Assembly (NCBI GenBank): GCA_023134715.1
Contig: JAGLUP010000006.1
Coordinates: 74,653 to 138,652 of the forward strand
From: Candidatus Parcubacteria bacterium
GTDB lineage: Bacteria; Patescibacteriota; Minisyncoccia; Minisyncoccales; JAGLUP01
Direction of reading: 5' to 3'
Length of the DNA: 64,000 nucleotides
The translations under genes were made by a program, and so were the position numbers. Below the pieces are notes generated by a model. It saw only the letters and a list, made by a program, of their open reading frames with translations. It was not told where the DNA came from and searched no databases. The stretch's first letter is position 1. The number at the start of each line of letters is the position of its first letter. Below are positions 26,628 through 35,640 of this stretch, in pieces.

Positions 26628-26868
26628 AAATCTTTAATGCTTCCTTTAAAGATGGAGCGCTAATTGTTTCTCCTCTCTTATGTTCCTGCAGCCCTTCCTC
26701 AACTAATTTATCTAATTCCTTTGCTTCTTTTCCATGCAAATAGTAGGTGGGAACCGCTTGTTCTCTTAATTTTTCATATTCTTTCAAAGGCAAAACCACA
26801 AAACCGCCTTCTCTCTTTATGCTTTTTTTTGAAATACTTATTAAATTTTTATCTAAAACTGTCGCCAT
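26602..26868 (-). CDS. cognate antitoxin-like protein
   Basis: Overlaps the toxin start. Contains GGFVVLPLKEYEKLRE. ATG at 26866-26868. Confidence 0.5.
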   Translation of the reverse strand: MATVLDKNLISISKKSIKREGGFVVLPLKEYEKLREQAVPTYYLHGKEAKELDKLVEEGLQEHKRGETISAPSLKEALKIYDRKNKKH

Positions 26869-26914
26869 ATTTTTTAATTTTAACAAACTATTCTGCAAAA
26901 ATCAAATTTCTCAC

Positions 26915-29023
26915 TTACTTTCGCTTACCTTCGATTATTTCTTGGGTAATATTTTGAGGAACTTCTTGATAGCTGTCAAATTCCATTGTAAAATTTCCTC
27001 TTCCCTCTGTTAAAGATCTTATAGCTGTGGCATAACCAAACATTTCTGACAAAGGTATTTTGGCGTCAATCACTTTCATCTTCAATCTATCTTCAGTTTT
27101 CTCAATCTTGCCTCTACGAGAAGATAAATCGCCGATAATATCTCCAAAAAAATCTGACGGAATGACAACTTCTAATTTCATAATCGGCTCTAAAATAATT
27201 GGATTTGCGTTTCTTGAGGCCTCTTGAAATGCCTGAGAAGCAGCGATTTTAAAGGCTATTTCAGATGAGTCAACATCATGAAAAGAACCGTCATATAAAG
27301 TTACTTCCATATCTATCATATGATATCCGGCCACAACCCCTTTATCCAGCGCCTCTTTTACTCCTTTTTCTACCGCGGGAATAAATTCCTTAGGAATATC
27401 CCCTCCTTTTATTTTATCAACAAATTCAAAACCCTCGCCTCTTTCTTTTGGTTTAATTCTTAACCAAACATGGCCATATTGTCCACGGCCGCCTGACTGG
27501 CGAATGTATTTCCCTTCTGCTTCAGCCTCTGCTTTAATCGTTTCTTTATACGCCACTTGAGGCCTTCCGACATTTGCCTCTACATTAAATTCCCGCTTCA
27601 TTCTGTCAACAATTATTTCTAAATGCAGTTCTCCCATTCCCGAAATAATTGTTTCCCCTGTCTCGATATCACTCTTTATTCTAAAAGTAGGATCTTCTTC
27701 TGAAAGCCGTTTCAAAGACATGCCCATTTTCTCCTGGTCAGCTTTTGTTTTTGGCTCAACCCGAATAGAAATAACTGGCTCTGGAAAAGTAATTTCTTCT
27801 AAAATAATCGGCTTGGACTCATCGCAAAGAGTATGTCCGGTGCCCGTGTCTTTTAATCCTACAGTAGCTCCAATTTCTCCAGCGTAAATTTCTTCTACTT
27901 CCTCGCGAGAATCAGCATGCATTCTTAAAATTCTTCCGATTCTTTCTTTTTTGCCAGTAGTTGAGTTTAAAACATAAGAGCCCTTTATCAAATGACCTGA
28001 ATAAACACGGAAATAAGTTAAACTGCCGACATAAGGGTCTGTCGCAATTTTAAAAGCCAAAGCGGAAAATGGTTCATTATCACCTGCTTTTCGCTCTACC
28101 TCTTCCCTGGTATTAGGATTAATCCCTTTTATAGGCGGCAAATCCAATGGACTTGGCAGATAGTAAATTACACCGTCCAGCACTGGCTGAGTTCCTTTGT
28201 TTTTTAAAGCTGAACCGCAAAATACAGGAATAAGCCTATAATCCAAGGTCGCTTTTCTTAAAACTGCTTTTAATTCTTCAACTGAAATTTCCTCTTCAGC
28301 TAAACATTTTTCTAAAAGCTGTTCATCTTCAGCTGAAATTTTTTCTACTAATTTTTTGCGCCATTCTTTTGCTTTGTCGTTTAAATTCTCTGGTATTTCT
28401 TTTTCAACAACTTTTTCGCCAAGATCTCCTTCAAAATAAATAGCTTTCATTTTAAGCAAATCAATTACTCCCTCAAGATTTGATTCAGAACCAATTGGAA
28501 TATTTAAAGCAACTGCGTTTGGGGAAAGCTTTTCCCCAATTGAGGCAAAGCTCTTTTCAAAATCAGCTCCCATTCTATCCAGCTTATTAATAAAACATAT
28601 TCTTGGAACGTTAAATTTATCTGCCTGACGCCAAACTGTTTCTGACTGCGGCTCTACTCCAGCCACGCCGTCAAAAACTACTACTGCCCCATCCAAAACA
28701 CGCAAAGAGCGCTGAACTTCAGCGGTAAAATCAATATGGCCGGGAGTGTCAATAATATTAAACCTATGCTCGTTGCTTTTTTCTTTTGTTAAATATTCTT
28801 CTGCAGACCAAAAACAGGTTGTCGCCGCGGAAGTAATGGTAATCCCCCGTTCTCTTTCCTGTTCCATCCAGTCCATTACTGCTTCGCCTTCGTGAACTTC
28901 TCCGATTTTATGAGAAATTCCAGTGTAAAATAAAACCCGCTCGGTTACTGTTGTTTTACCGGCGTCAATGTGCGCGATAATTCCTATATTTCTTGTTTTT
29001 TCTAATAAATACTTTCTTGCCAT
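26915..29023 (-). CDS. fusA: elongation factor G
   Basis: True start is [25 protein letters not shown] (ATG 29021-29023). DTPGHIDF and NKLD motifs. The 41 upstream in-frame codons in the track are not EF-G. Confidence 0.95.
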   Translation of the reverse strand: MARKYLLEKTRNIGIIAHIDAGKTTVTERVLFYTGISHKIGEVHEGEAVMDWMEQERERGITITSAATTCFWSAEEYLTKEKSNEHRFNIIDTPGHIDFTAEVQRSLRVLDGAVVVFDGVAGVEPQSETVWRQADKFNVPRICFINKLDRMGADFEKSFASIGEKLSPNAVALNIPIGSESNLEGVIDLLKMKAIYFEGDLGEKVVEKEIPENLNDKAKEWRKKLVEKISAEDEQLLEKCLAEEEISVEELKAVLRKATLDYRLIPVFCGSALKNKGTQPVLDGVIYYLPSPLDLPPIKGINPNTREEVERKAGDNEPFSALAFKIATDPYVGSLTYFRVYSGHLIKGSYVLNSTTGKKERIGRILRMHADSREEVEEIYAGEIGATVGLKDTGTGHTLCDESKPIILEEITFPEPVISIRVEPKTKADQEKMGMSLKRLSEEDPTFRIKSDIETGETIISGMGELHLEIIVDRMKREFNVEANVGRPQVAYKETIKAEAEAEGKYIRQSGGRGQYGHVWLRIKPKERGEGFEFVDKIKGGDIPKEFIPAVEKGVKEALDKGVVAGYHMIDMEVTLYDGSFHDVDSSEIAFKIAASQAFQEASRNANPIILEPIMKLEVVIPSDFFGDIIGDLSSRRGKIEKTEDRLKMKVIDAKIPLSEMFGYATAIRSLTEGRGNFTMEFDSYQEVPQNITQEIIEGKRK

Positions 29024-29030
29024 AAATTTT

Positions 29031-29156
29031 TTATTTATAATGGTTGTTGACATCAATAATTTCAATTGTGTCTTTTTCTCTAAAAACAAAAATCGCCCTG
29101 TATTGGTGGATGTTAAGATATTTTCTAATTTCAGAGTGAAGGGCAATTATTTTCAT
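29031..29156 (-). pseudogene. 41-codon RelE/ParE-like C-terminal remnant
   Basis: Hand translation: [41 protein letters not shown]. The YRAIF...IEIIDV..H tail is typical of RelE/ParE but only half length. It starts 2 nt after the upstream ORF stop. Confidence 0.35.
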
Positions 29157-29158
29157 AC

Positions 29159-29380
29159 TTATTTAAAATATAAAGAACGTTTTAATCCTTTTTCTAAACT
29201 CTGGATAAATTTTTGATTATACTTTCCAGTTTTTTTAAAACTCTTAACAACTTCTCTCGCGTTTCGAGTCGGCGGAGAAGCAAAAATATTTTCGTTCATT
29301 ATCTGACGAAGATACTCATACCGAAGCGTGCTTTCAATAAGTTTATTATATTCTTTTTTGGGTATAGTAATAGTAGCCAT
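29159..29380 (-). CDS. antitoxin-like 73-aa protein inserted between rpsG and fusA
   Basis: The MATITIPKKEYNKLIES N-terminus is antitoxin-like. The C-terminal NQKFIQSLEKGLKRS resembles the N-terminus of the RelE-like toxin at 26355. Confidence 0.4.
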   Translation of the reverse strand: MATITIPKKEYNKLIESTLRYEYLRQIMNENIFASPPTRNAREVVKSFKKTGKYNQKFIQSLEKGLKRSLYFK

Positions 29381-29388
29381 ATATTTTC

Positions 29389-29416
29389 ATATTACCCTAA
29401 ATTTGAATTTAGTCAA
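29389..29416 (-). promoter_or_regulatory. sigma70-type promoter in the rpsG-fusA insert
   Basis: Minus strand reads TTGACT (29411-29416), 16 nt, then TAATAT (29389-29394). Only 8 nt separate it from the ATG at 29380. Confidence 0.55.
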
Positions 29417-29427
29417 TAAATCAAATT

Positions 29428-29898
29428 TTACCAAGAAAAATGAGCAAAGGCGCGGTTTGCTTCTGCCATTCTATGGGTATCGTTTTTCTTTTTTATCGCC
29501 GCTCCTTCATCCTTAGAAGCAGCTAATAATTCTTCGGCTAAGCTATCTCTCATTGGTCTTCCTTTCTTTGTTTTAGCGGCCTGTATGAGCCAACGTATTG
29601 CCAAACCTAATTTTCTTTTTCCCTTAACTTCTTTTGGCACTTGATAAGTCGCGCCCCCTACTCTTCTTGACTTTACCTCTAAAAGTGGTGAAGTATTTTT
29701 AATCGCCAATTCAAAAATCTCCAAGGGTTCTTTCTTGGTTTTTTTCTTAATAATATCAAAACTTTGATAAACAACTTTTCGGGCAATTGTTTTATTGCCC
29801 TTTTCCATAATCTTGTTTATAAACTTAGAAACTAAAACACTGTCATAAACAGGATCTGGTAAAATTTCTCTTGTTTTTATTTTTTTTCTTCGAGCCAT
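29428..29898 (-). CDS. rpsG: 30S ribosomal protein S7
   Basis: ILPDPVYDS..., [15 protein letters not shown] and [10 protein letters not shown]. Confidence 0.93.
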   Translation of the reverse strand: MARRKKIKTREILPDPVYDSVLVSKFINKIMEKGNKTIARKVVYQSFDIIKKKTKKEPLEIFELAIKNTSPLLEVKSRRVGGATYQVPKEVKGKRKLGLAIRWLIQAAKTKKGRPMRDSLAEELLAASKDEGAAIKKKNDTHRMAEANRAFAHFSW

Positions 29899-29904
29899 AA
29901 TAAT

Positions 29905-30399
29905 TTATTCTTTGGGAGCGGCTGTTTCTACCGGCTTAGTTTCTTCTACTGGCTTACTCTCTTGCTCTTTTGCTTTTGGCGCTCCACCTCCTTTTTCTCG
30001 CTTTGTTCCATATTTGCTTCTCTCCTGTTTTCTTCCCTGCACTCCTTCGGTATCTAATACTCCTCTTACAATATGATATCTTACTCCGGGTAAATCCCTT
30101 ACTCTTCCTCCTCGAATCAAGACAACCGAATGTTCCTGTAAATTATGCCCTTCTCCCGGAATATAAGCGGTAACCTCTGCTCCATTGGTCAAGCGAATCC
30201 TGGCCACTTTTCTTAAAGCGGAATTCGGCTTCTTAGGGGTAACGGTAAAAACCTTAACACAAACCCCCCTCTTAAACGGAGACCCATAAAACTTAGGCCT
30301 GTTCTTTAAAGTATTAAAGCTAAAAGCAAGACCTCTTGTCTTTTTTTGCTTTTTTACCTTTTTTCTTGATTTTCTAACTAATTGATTAATCGTAGGCAC
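29905..30399 (-). CDS. rpsL: 30S ribosomal protein S12 with ~35-aa C-terminal extension
   Basis: GTG start, PTINQLVRK and [16 protein letters not shown]. The extra tail is ...[29 protein letters not shown]. Confidence 0.92.
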   Translation of the reverse strand: MPTINQLVRKSRKKVKKQKKTRGLAFSFNTLKNRPKFYGSPFKRGVCVKVFTVTPKKPNSALRKVARIRLTNGAEVTAYIPGEGHNLQEHSVVLIRGGRVRDLPGVRYHIVRGVLDTEGVQGRKQERSKYGTKREKGGGAPKAKEQESKPVEETKPVETAAPKE

Positions 30400-30499
30400 G
30401 TTCCTTCGCTTTGCTCAGTCAAATTAAAAGTTAAAATTTAAAAATTAAAAATGACAAAACAAAAATATAAAAATAATCAAGCGTTTTATGCTTGATATG

Positions 30500-30527
30500 A
30501 TAATAACAAAACTAAAAAATTTGTCAA
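30500..30527 (-). promoter_or_regulatory. sigma70-type promoter for rpsL-rpsG
   Basis: Minus strand reads TTGACA (30522-30527), 16 nt, then TATTAT (30500-30505). Confidence 0.55.
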
Positions 30528-30596
30528 ATTTCGCTACCGAATCAAATAAAAATTATCTTAAATCGTCCACCACGAATGGACGAGATAAGATAAAAA

Positions 30597-31244
30597 TTAA
30601 AATGGCAGCGCCCCTCCTATTATCAAACTGAAAAGAGGTATGCAGACAAAAGGAATTACAATATAAATCATAAACAAAAGCATTCCCACAAGAACGAAGA
30701 TAGAATATTTTAAAAAAAGTGATTCAATTTTTCTTGCAAGCTGAGGAAAAAATGTTGAAAGAATATGAGAGCCGTCAAGAGGAAAAATAGGCATTAAATT
30801 AAATACTCCAAGAAGAACATTAATCCAGATAAAAACGCTGAAAAAATCGATAAAGGCAGTATTTGATGTTCCTAAAAGCTGCAAACCCAATCCAGCTGTG
30901 ATAGCCATTAAAAAATTAGAGGTCGGTCCGGCTAAAGCAATTAATCCTGGTCCCCATTTTTGATTTCTTAAATTATAAGGATTAAAAGGAACCGGCTTGC
31001 CCCACCCAAATCCTGCAATAAAAAGAAATAATGTCCCCATTGGATCTAAATGAGCAAGAGGATTTATAGTTAACCGACCCTGAAGCTTAGCAGTATGATC
31101 TCCTAAAAAATCAGCGACTAAAGCATGAGAATATTCATGAATACTAAGCGCAAAAATAATTGCTGTGGCAATCATAAAAAAAGCTAACGGATTTTCAAAA
31201 AGAATTAAAAATAACATTAAGTAAATTATAACAGAAATTTGCAA
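30597..31244 (-). CDS. site-2 protease (peptidase M50) family membrane protein
   Basis: HEYSHALVA (HExxH) lies in a TM helix. The LMPIFPLDGSHIL second motif is present. Confidence 0.75.
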   Translation of the reverse strand: MQISVIIYLMLFLILFENPLAFFMIATAIIFALSIHEYSHALVADFLGDHTAKLQGRLTINPLAHLDPMGTLFLFIAGFGWGKPVPFNPYNLRNQKWGPGLIALAGPTSNFLMAITAGLGLQLLGTSNTAFIDFFSVFIWINVLLGVFNLMPIFPLDGSHILSTFFPQLARKIESLFLKYSIFVLVGMLLFMIYIVIPFVCIPLFSLIIGGALPF

Positions 31245-31267
31245 AAAAATACAATGTTTGCTAATAT
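31239..31267 (+). promoter_or_regulatory. promoter for rpmB giving a near-leaderless mRNA
   Basis: TTGCAA (31239-31244), 17 nt, TAATAT (31262-31267). The ATG at 31276 lies only 8 nt after the -10. Confidence 0.4.
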
Positions 31268-31275
31268 ATGGGCAT

Positions 31276-31494
31276 ATGAAAGAATGTTTAGTTTGCGGAA
31301 AAAAATCAATGATGATTCAGAAGCTGAAAAAGCTTCGTGGAAAATATAATCCCACCATCAAAAAAAGAAAGTATCCCAATCTTCAATGGGTGCGTATTCC
31401 GCTTGATATAAAAAAAGAAAAATATAAAAAATTCGCAGGCAAAAGAATAAAGGCCTGCGCAAAATGCATCAAAGCGTTATATAAAACTAAATAA
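31276..31494 (+). CDS. rpmB: 50S ribosomal protein L28 (divergent)
   Basis: CLVCGKK...KKRKYPNLQWV...GKRIKACAKCIKAL matches the L28 C-x-x-C-G-K...PNLQ...C-x-x-C-(L/I)-K layout. Confidence 0.6.
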   Translation: MKECLVCGKKSMMIQKLKKLRGKYNPTIKKRKYPNLQWVRIPLDIKKEKYKKFAGKRIKACAKCIKALYKTK

Positions 31495-31504
31495 TTACAT
31501 ATAC

Positions 31505-31537
31505 AAAAAACTCCCCACCAATATGGGGAATTTTTTA
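31505..31537. terminator. bidirectional terminator between convergent rpmB and the nuclease gene
   Basis: AAAAAAC-TCCCCA-CCAATA-TGGGGA-ATTTTTT. Confidence 0.65.
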
Positions 31538-31555
31538 ATTGAAAAATAATAAAAC

Positions 31556-32320
31556 TTAAGCTCCTAAATCAAATCTTTGTTTTATTGCTTCTCTATAGCG
31601 GCAATAATCGCAATCACCTGTTCTCTTTGGTATAATATTGCTCATAAGACATTTATGAATATCAGATATTGTCTTTTCCACCCAATCATAATTTCCTTTG
31701 TAAGGCAAAATTTTAATGTCAAACTCCAGCTTAGCGTCAAAGGCCTCTTTATCAGTGTCGCCATTGCAGTAGACAAAATAACCTGTGTCTGAAACCTTAA
31801 ATCCATTTTTCGCGAACAGCCATTGATAAACTTCCATCTGCCTCTTATAGCTAATTTGCCATTCAGCGTCTAAATTCACTTCTCCTGTTTTAGAAGTCGC
31901 CTTATAATCAACAATTATTAATTCTTCTTGAGGATCAACCCAAACATCATCTATGCCGCCTGTAATAAGTAAATTAGTCGGCTCGTGCAAATATGTAATC
32001 CCCGCTCGTAAAGCGTCTCTCCATTCATTCATTTTTTCATGCTGAAAAGGAACCGCGTCAATTCCATATTCTTTCATTAGGGGATGCGCGGTGTTTTCCG
32101 CCCGATGAATATCAAACTCTTTTTTTAAAAGCAAATCAACCGCGTTATTCAAAGAAAAAGGATAACCAGGAGGCCGGGCAATTCCAAGACGGCGGTCAAG
32201 ATAAAAACAACGAGAGCATTCTAAAAATAAATCAATTTTAGAACGGCTTATTCTAAAAGGCAATTTTGACCCTGGCTCAAAAATATTTGTTGTCCTGTTT
32301 GGATTATAATATTTAGACAT
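31556..32320 (-). CDS. PD-(D/E)XK nuclease with Cas4/AddB-like cysteine cluster
   Basis: N-terminal C-x2-C (LECSRCFY), the IIVDYKATSK (D...D/E-x-K) core, and a C-terminal GDCDYCRY. Confidence 0.55.
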   Translation of the reverse strand: MSKYYNPNRTTNIFEPGSKLPFRISRSKIDLFLECSRCFYLDRRLGIARPPGYPFSLNNAVDLLLKKEFDIHRAENTAHPLMKEYGIDAVPFQHEKMNEWRDALRAGITYLHEPTNLLITGGIDDVWVDPQEELIIVDYKATSKTGEVNLDAEWQISYKRQMEVYQWLFAKNGFKVSDTGYFVYCNGDTDKEAFDAKLEFDIKILPYKGNYDWVEKTISDIHKCLMSNIIPKRTGDCDYCRYREAIKQRFDLGA

Positions 32321-32333
32321 TTTACAATTTAAA

Positions 32334-32468
32334 AGTCCTGAGTTCTTTTTATAGAATCTGTGAAAAAAACTCTAAGTGGGTGTCCGCAAATATAACCCAA
32401 GGGTCATATCGATATAGAACTCCCTGCGAAAAAATTTGTTCCAGAATCTATAATAGAAGCTCAGAACT
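32334..32468 (-). ncRNA. candidate structured RNA or long 5' leader (27-bp imperfect closing stem around ~80 nt)
   Basis: Arms 32334-32360 and 32442-32468 are complementary at 21 of 27 positions. A near-consensus promoter lies immediately upstream. There is no ORF. It ends 13 nt before the nuclease ATG. Confidence 0.4.
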
Positions 32469-32474
32469 ACCTAT

Positions 32475-32503
32475 AGTATAGCGCTTCCAACACCCCCTGT
32501 CAA
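32475..32503 (-). promoter_or_regulatory. near-consensus sigma70 promoter
   Basis: Minus strand reads TTGACA (32498-32503), 17 nt, then TATACT (32475-32480). Confidence 0.7.
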
Positions 32504-32509
32504 TATGTG

Positions 32510-33118
32510 TTATTCCTTGATTCCGTCCAGATTCACATCGTATAAAATTTTATCCTGAACAAGATTATATCTTAAAATCTCATCTTCAGAAAACCAAATT
32601 TTAATTTCTCGCTCAGCTTCTTCCGGCAATCCAGAAGCGTGAATCAAATTCCTAACGCTTCTTTGGTCCATGTCAGCCATAGTGTACGAATCAAGCGTAA
32701 AATCTCCGCGAATTGTTCCAATGTCTGATGTTAATGGCTCAGTGCCACCGGTAATTTTTCTTACCAGCTCTACCGCCTGATTCCCCTGCCAAATCATAGC
32801 TATAACAGGTCCGGAGCTTAAATATTTCGCATTTGCTTTTAGCACTGCTTGACCGTTATCCATATTGGTTTTATACGGAGACTGCAGTCCTTTTTTTTCA
32901 TAAGCCGCTCTAGCTTTTCTGCCGACCTCTTCAAGCCATGCATCTCCGCCAATTTCATAATAATGCCTAGTTGCCAACTCTATAGAAGGAACTATCATCT
33001 TTAAGCTCATAAGCTTTAGTCCTGTACGCTCATACCTTTTAATAATCTCGCCAATTAAAGAACGTTGGACTCCGTCCGGCTTTATTAAAACTAATGTTTT
33101 TTCTTCTTTAGGATGCAT
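32510..33118 (-). CDS. ndk: nucleoside-diphosphate kinase (long form)
   Basis: TLVLIKPDGVQRSLIGEIIKRYERTGLKL and NLIHASG. Confidence 0.85.
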   Translation of the reverse strand: MHPKEEKTLVLIKPDGVQRSLIGEIIKRYERTGLKLMSLKMIVPSIELATRHYYEIGGDAWLEEVGRKARAAYEKKGLQSPYKTNMDNGQAVLKANAKYLSSGPVIAMIWQGNQAVELVRKITGGTEPLTSDIGTIRGDFTLDSYTMADMDQRSVRNLIHASGLPEEAEREIKIWFSEDEILRYNLVQDKILYDVNLDGIKE

Positions 33119-33963
33119 AAATTATTTCCATCGGAGATAATTTTTATATCTCCATTTAAATCTGTTCTTAATATCTTTATACCAAATTTTTCCAGAGTTG
33201 CCAAGACCTCTGGGTGTGGATGACCATATCTGTTATCTCTGCCGCATTGAATAATAGCAATTTCTGGATTAACTTTTTTTAGGAAATTTTCAGCAGACGA
33301 GGTCTTTGAACCATGATGCCCAACCTTTAAAATATCTGAAACCAAATTAATTTGTTTTTTAACAAGCTTGCGCTCTACTGATTTAGAAATATCGCCAATA
33401 AGTAAAAAAGAGTTTTGCCCAAAAACCAATCGCGCGACAACCGAGGTATTATTAGCGTTTTTAACTTTTTCGCCCTGCAAACTCTCAAACGGATGTAAAA
33501 CTTCTATGCCTCCGCCAGTAAAAATTATTTTCTGGCCAGCTTGAGCAATTGTTATTTTAGCTCCCTCCTGCTCAAGCAAGCCCTGCCATTCTTTATATTC
33601 CCCTGTCTCACGAACAACCCCAGTCCACAAAACCTGCTCAACCTTGTATCTTTTCAAAACCTCAATTAAACCGGCAATATGGTCATGGTCTGGATGAGTT
33701 AAAATTATTAAATCAATAGCTCTATCCCAAAAAGGCATTTCTTTTCCCAGCTTTTCCAAAACAGCGGAGGATGGGCCTCCGTCAATCAAAATCTGATGTT
33801 TTTGCCCTGTCTCAATAAAAATAGCGTCGCCCTGACCAACATCAAAAAAAACAACTTCTAAAGATTGCGAATTTAAATCAAAAACAACTGCCCACGCTAA
33901 AACATTCAAACAAAATAAAAATCCAAAACCGAAAAAAACAATTTTCTTATTCCTGAATGACAT
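33091..33963 (-). CDS. ComEC/Rec2-related metallo-beta-lactamase-fold protein
   Basis: Signal anchor, FFDVGQGDAIFIE, LTHPDHDHIAG and VGHHGS. Confidence 0.75.
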   Translation of the reverse strand: MSFRNKKIVFFGFGFLFCLNVLAWAVVFDLNSQSLEVVFFDVGQGDAIFIETGQKHQILIDGGPSSAVLEKLGKEMPFWDRAIDLIILTHPDHDHIAGLIEVLKRYKVEQVLWTGVVRETGEYKEWQGLLEQEGAKITIAQAGQKIIFTGGGIEVLHPFESLQGEKVKNANNTSVVARLVFGQNSFLLIGDISKSVERKLVKKQINLVSDILKVGHHGSKTSSAENFLKKVNPEIAIIQCGRDNRYGHPHPEVLATLEKFGIKILRTDLNGDIKIISDGNNLCILKKKKH

Positions 33964-34028
33964 TTTAATTAATAGACCCACAGATTATTCTATGGGTCTA
34001 TTATCATCTTTAAGGTAATTCGTTCGGT

Positions 34029-34232
34029 TTATTTCAACTTTGCCGCCTGATCTCCAGACAAAACTCTCCAGCATTCATGAGGACCAACCTTTGATTTAGC
34101 TACCGCAAAATATCTAGTAGTTGTTTTTCCTGTTTTTTTACTTTTTGACTTTTTTTCTACTACCTTATAATCGTCTGTTTCAAATTTTTCTTTTGACTTT
34201 ACGTCGTAAAAACTTAATTTTTCTTTTGCCAT
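34029..34232 (-). CDS. small Lys-rich basic protein (possible nucleic-acid binding), hypothetical
   Basis: 67 aa, about 25% Lys. No family recognised. Confidence 0.4.
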   Translation of the reverse strand: MAKEKLSFYDVKSKEKFETDDYKVVEKKSKSKKTGKTTTRYFAVAKSKVGPHECWRVLSGDQAAKLK

Positions 34233-34278
34233 AATAATATAAATTTAATTGATACTTAGAATCTTAAATCGACCTTTT

Positions 34279-34596
34279 TTATTTATTCTTATTATTATAG
34301 TATAACGAAGATTTTTTTACAATGATTTTATAAACATTCTCAATAAAATCGCCTCCGGCATAACCAATAATAAAAGCCAGGCCCGGACTGATACAACTCA
34401 AACCCAAAAAATTGACACCGGTCTCTTCAATAGAAATAGCGCAAAGAAGACCAACTATCCCGGAAATAAACATCATGCCGAAAAAGTAAGGCAAATTAAA
34501 TCCAACATTTTTATAGGAATATTGATGCTTAACAAAGCCAACCAATCCCCTAATCACTCCTCCGCCAAATCCAGCAATTAAAATCAATAAATACAT
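34279..34596 (-). CDS. small three-TM membrane protein, hypothetical
   Basis: ATG at 34594-34596 avoids overlap with the upstream gene. Contains a G-rich TM (LILIAGFGGGVIRGLVGF). Confidence 0.45.
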   Translation of the reverse strand: MYLLILIAGFGGGVIRGLVGFVKHQYSYKNVGFNLPYFFGMMFISGIVGLLCAISIEETGVNFLGLSCISPGLAFIIGYAGGDFIENVYKIIVKKSSLYYNNKNK

Positions 34597-34615
34597 TAAT
34601 ATATTATAAAGGATT

Positions 34616-35638
34616 TTAAAGTAATTTGCTATACCCCTGCGTGATTTCTTCAATAATTCTTTCCCAATCAATCTCTCTTGAATCAATGTAATTCCAAAGC
34701 GTATAACGTTCAGGCCTGATTGAACTTACTTCTTTTAAAAAACTATGTTGGAATTTTTTATCTTTTAATGGTATAAGCGCAAACTCATAAACTCCAAGAT
34801 TCTCCATTCTATTTTTTATATCCTCAAACAAATTTCTTGAATTAAATATTAAGCCGGATAAACTATCCGCGTATTTTGAATAAACTTTTGCTGAAATCAA
34901 TGTTCCAGCGCCAGCAAGCTGACCGTGCAAATATTTTCCATTTATCTTATCTTCAAATAACCTCTCAAGCTCATGTTCACTGCCGGAACAATAACAAGAA
35001 TTTTCTTCCATAGCAATCCCTGACAGAATCAATGCCTCTGCGAGCTTCCTATCATCTTCTGTATTTATTCTATTTATCGCCTCAAAGCTTAATTTTTTAT
35101 AAAAATCTGAAAACTTCTCGCCCGCCTTCTCTGCTAAGCTTAAATCTTGAAGCGCAACCATATTAGAAAGCAAATCGCAAATCCCTGACTTTTTTAATTC
35201 TTCGGAGTTTTTCCAAAAATTTAAGGGAATAATTAATTTTCTTGGATATTTTCCAGGAACGGTCTCCCGCTTTCCCTTATTATTATAAAGTGAAAAATTC
35301 TTAGAAACAAGTCCATCGTGCGAAGGAGCGGTAGGAATGGAAATAAATTTTAAAGAAAGGTCTGAACTTATTTTCTTGGCAACATCTATGGCTTTTCCCC
35401 CGCCAAACCCCACAACTGGTTGTTTTTTAATTTGCTTTTTAATTTCCTCTGCTGTCTTTATAGACGCTTCTTTAACTAAATGAAATTTTTTAATTCCGGC
35501 CTGTAAAAGTAAATTCTTTGTAAAATCATTATCATTAGTAATAATTTCTTTTCCTTTTAATTCATTAAAAATCAAATCAGAATCACTGATAAACTTTAAT
35601 TCTATTCCTCTTTGTTTTAATAACTGTTTAATATCCAT
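34616..35638 (-). CDS. glycerol-1-phosphate dehydrogenase-like (EgsA/AraM family) iron-type alcohol dehydrogenase
   Basis: VVGFGGGKAIDVAKK...FISIPTAPSHDGLVS plus the downstream GSEHE...YLHGQLAGAG metal ligands. Confidence 0.6.
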   Translation of the reverse strand: MDIKQLLKQRGIELKFISDSDLIFNELKGKEIITNDNDFTKNLLLQAGIKKFHLVKEASIKTAEEIKKQIKKQPVVGFGGGKAIDVAKKISSDLSLKFISIPTAPSHDGLVSKNFSLYNNKGKRETVPGKYPRKLIIPLNFWKNSEELKKSGICDLLSNMVALQDLSLAEKAGEKFSDFYKKLSFEAINRINTEDDRKLAEALILSGIAMEENSCYCSGSEHELERLFEDKINGKYLHGQLAGAGTLISAKVYSKYADSLSGLIFNSRNLFEDIKNRMENLGVYEFALIPLKDKKFQHSFLKEVSSIRPERYTLWNYIDSREIDWERIIEEITQGYSKLL

Positions 35639-35640
35639 AT

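Noticed and set aside
29024-29146. 41-codon in-frame N-terminal extension of fusA in the ORF track ([11 protein letters not shown]...)
   Set aside because: EF-G homology begins at [25 protein letters not shown] (ATG 29021-29023). The upstream stretch overlaps a better-supported RelE-like frame.
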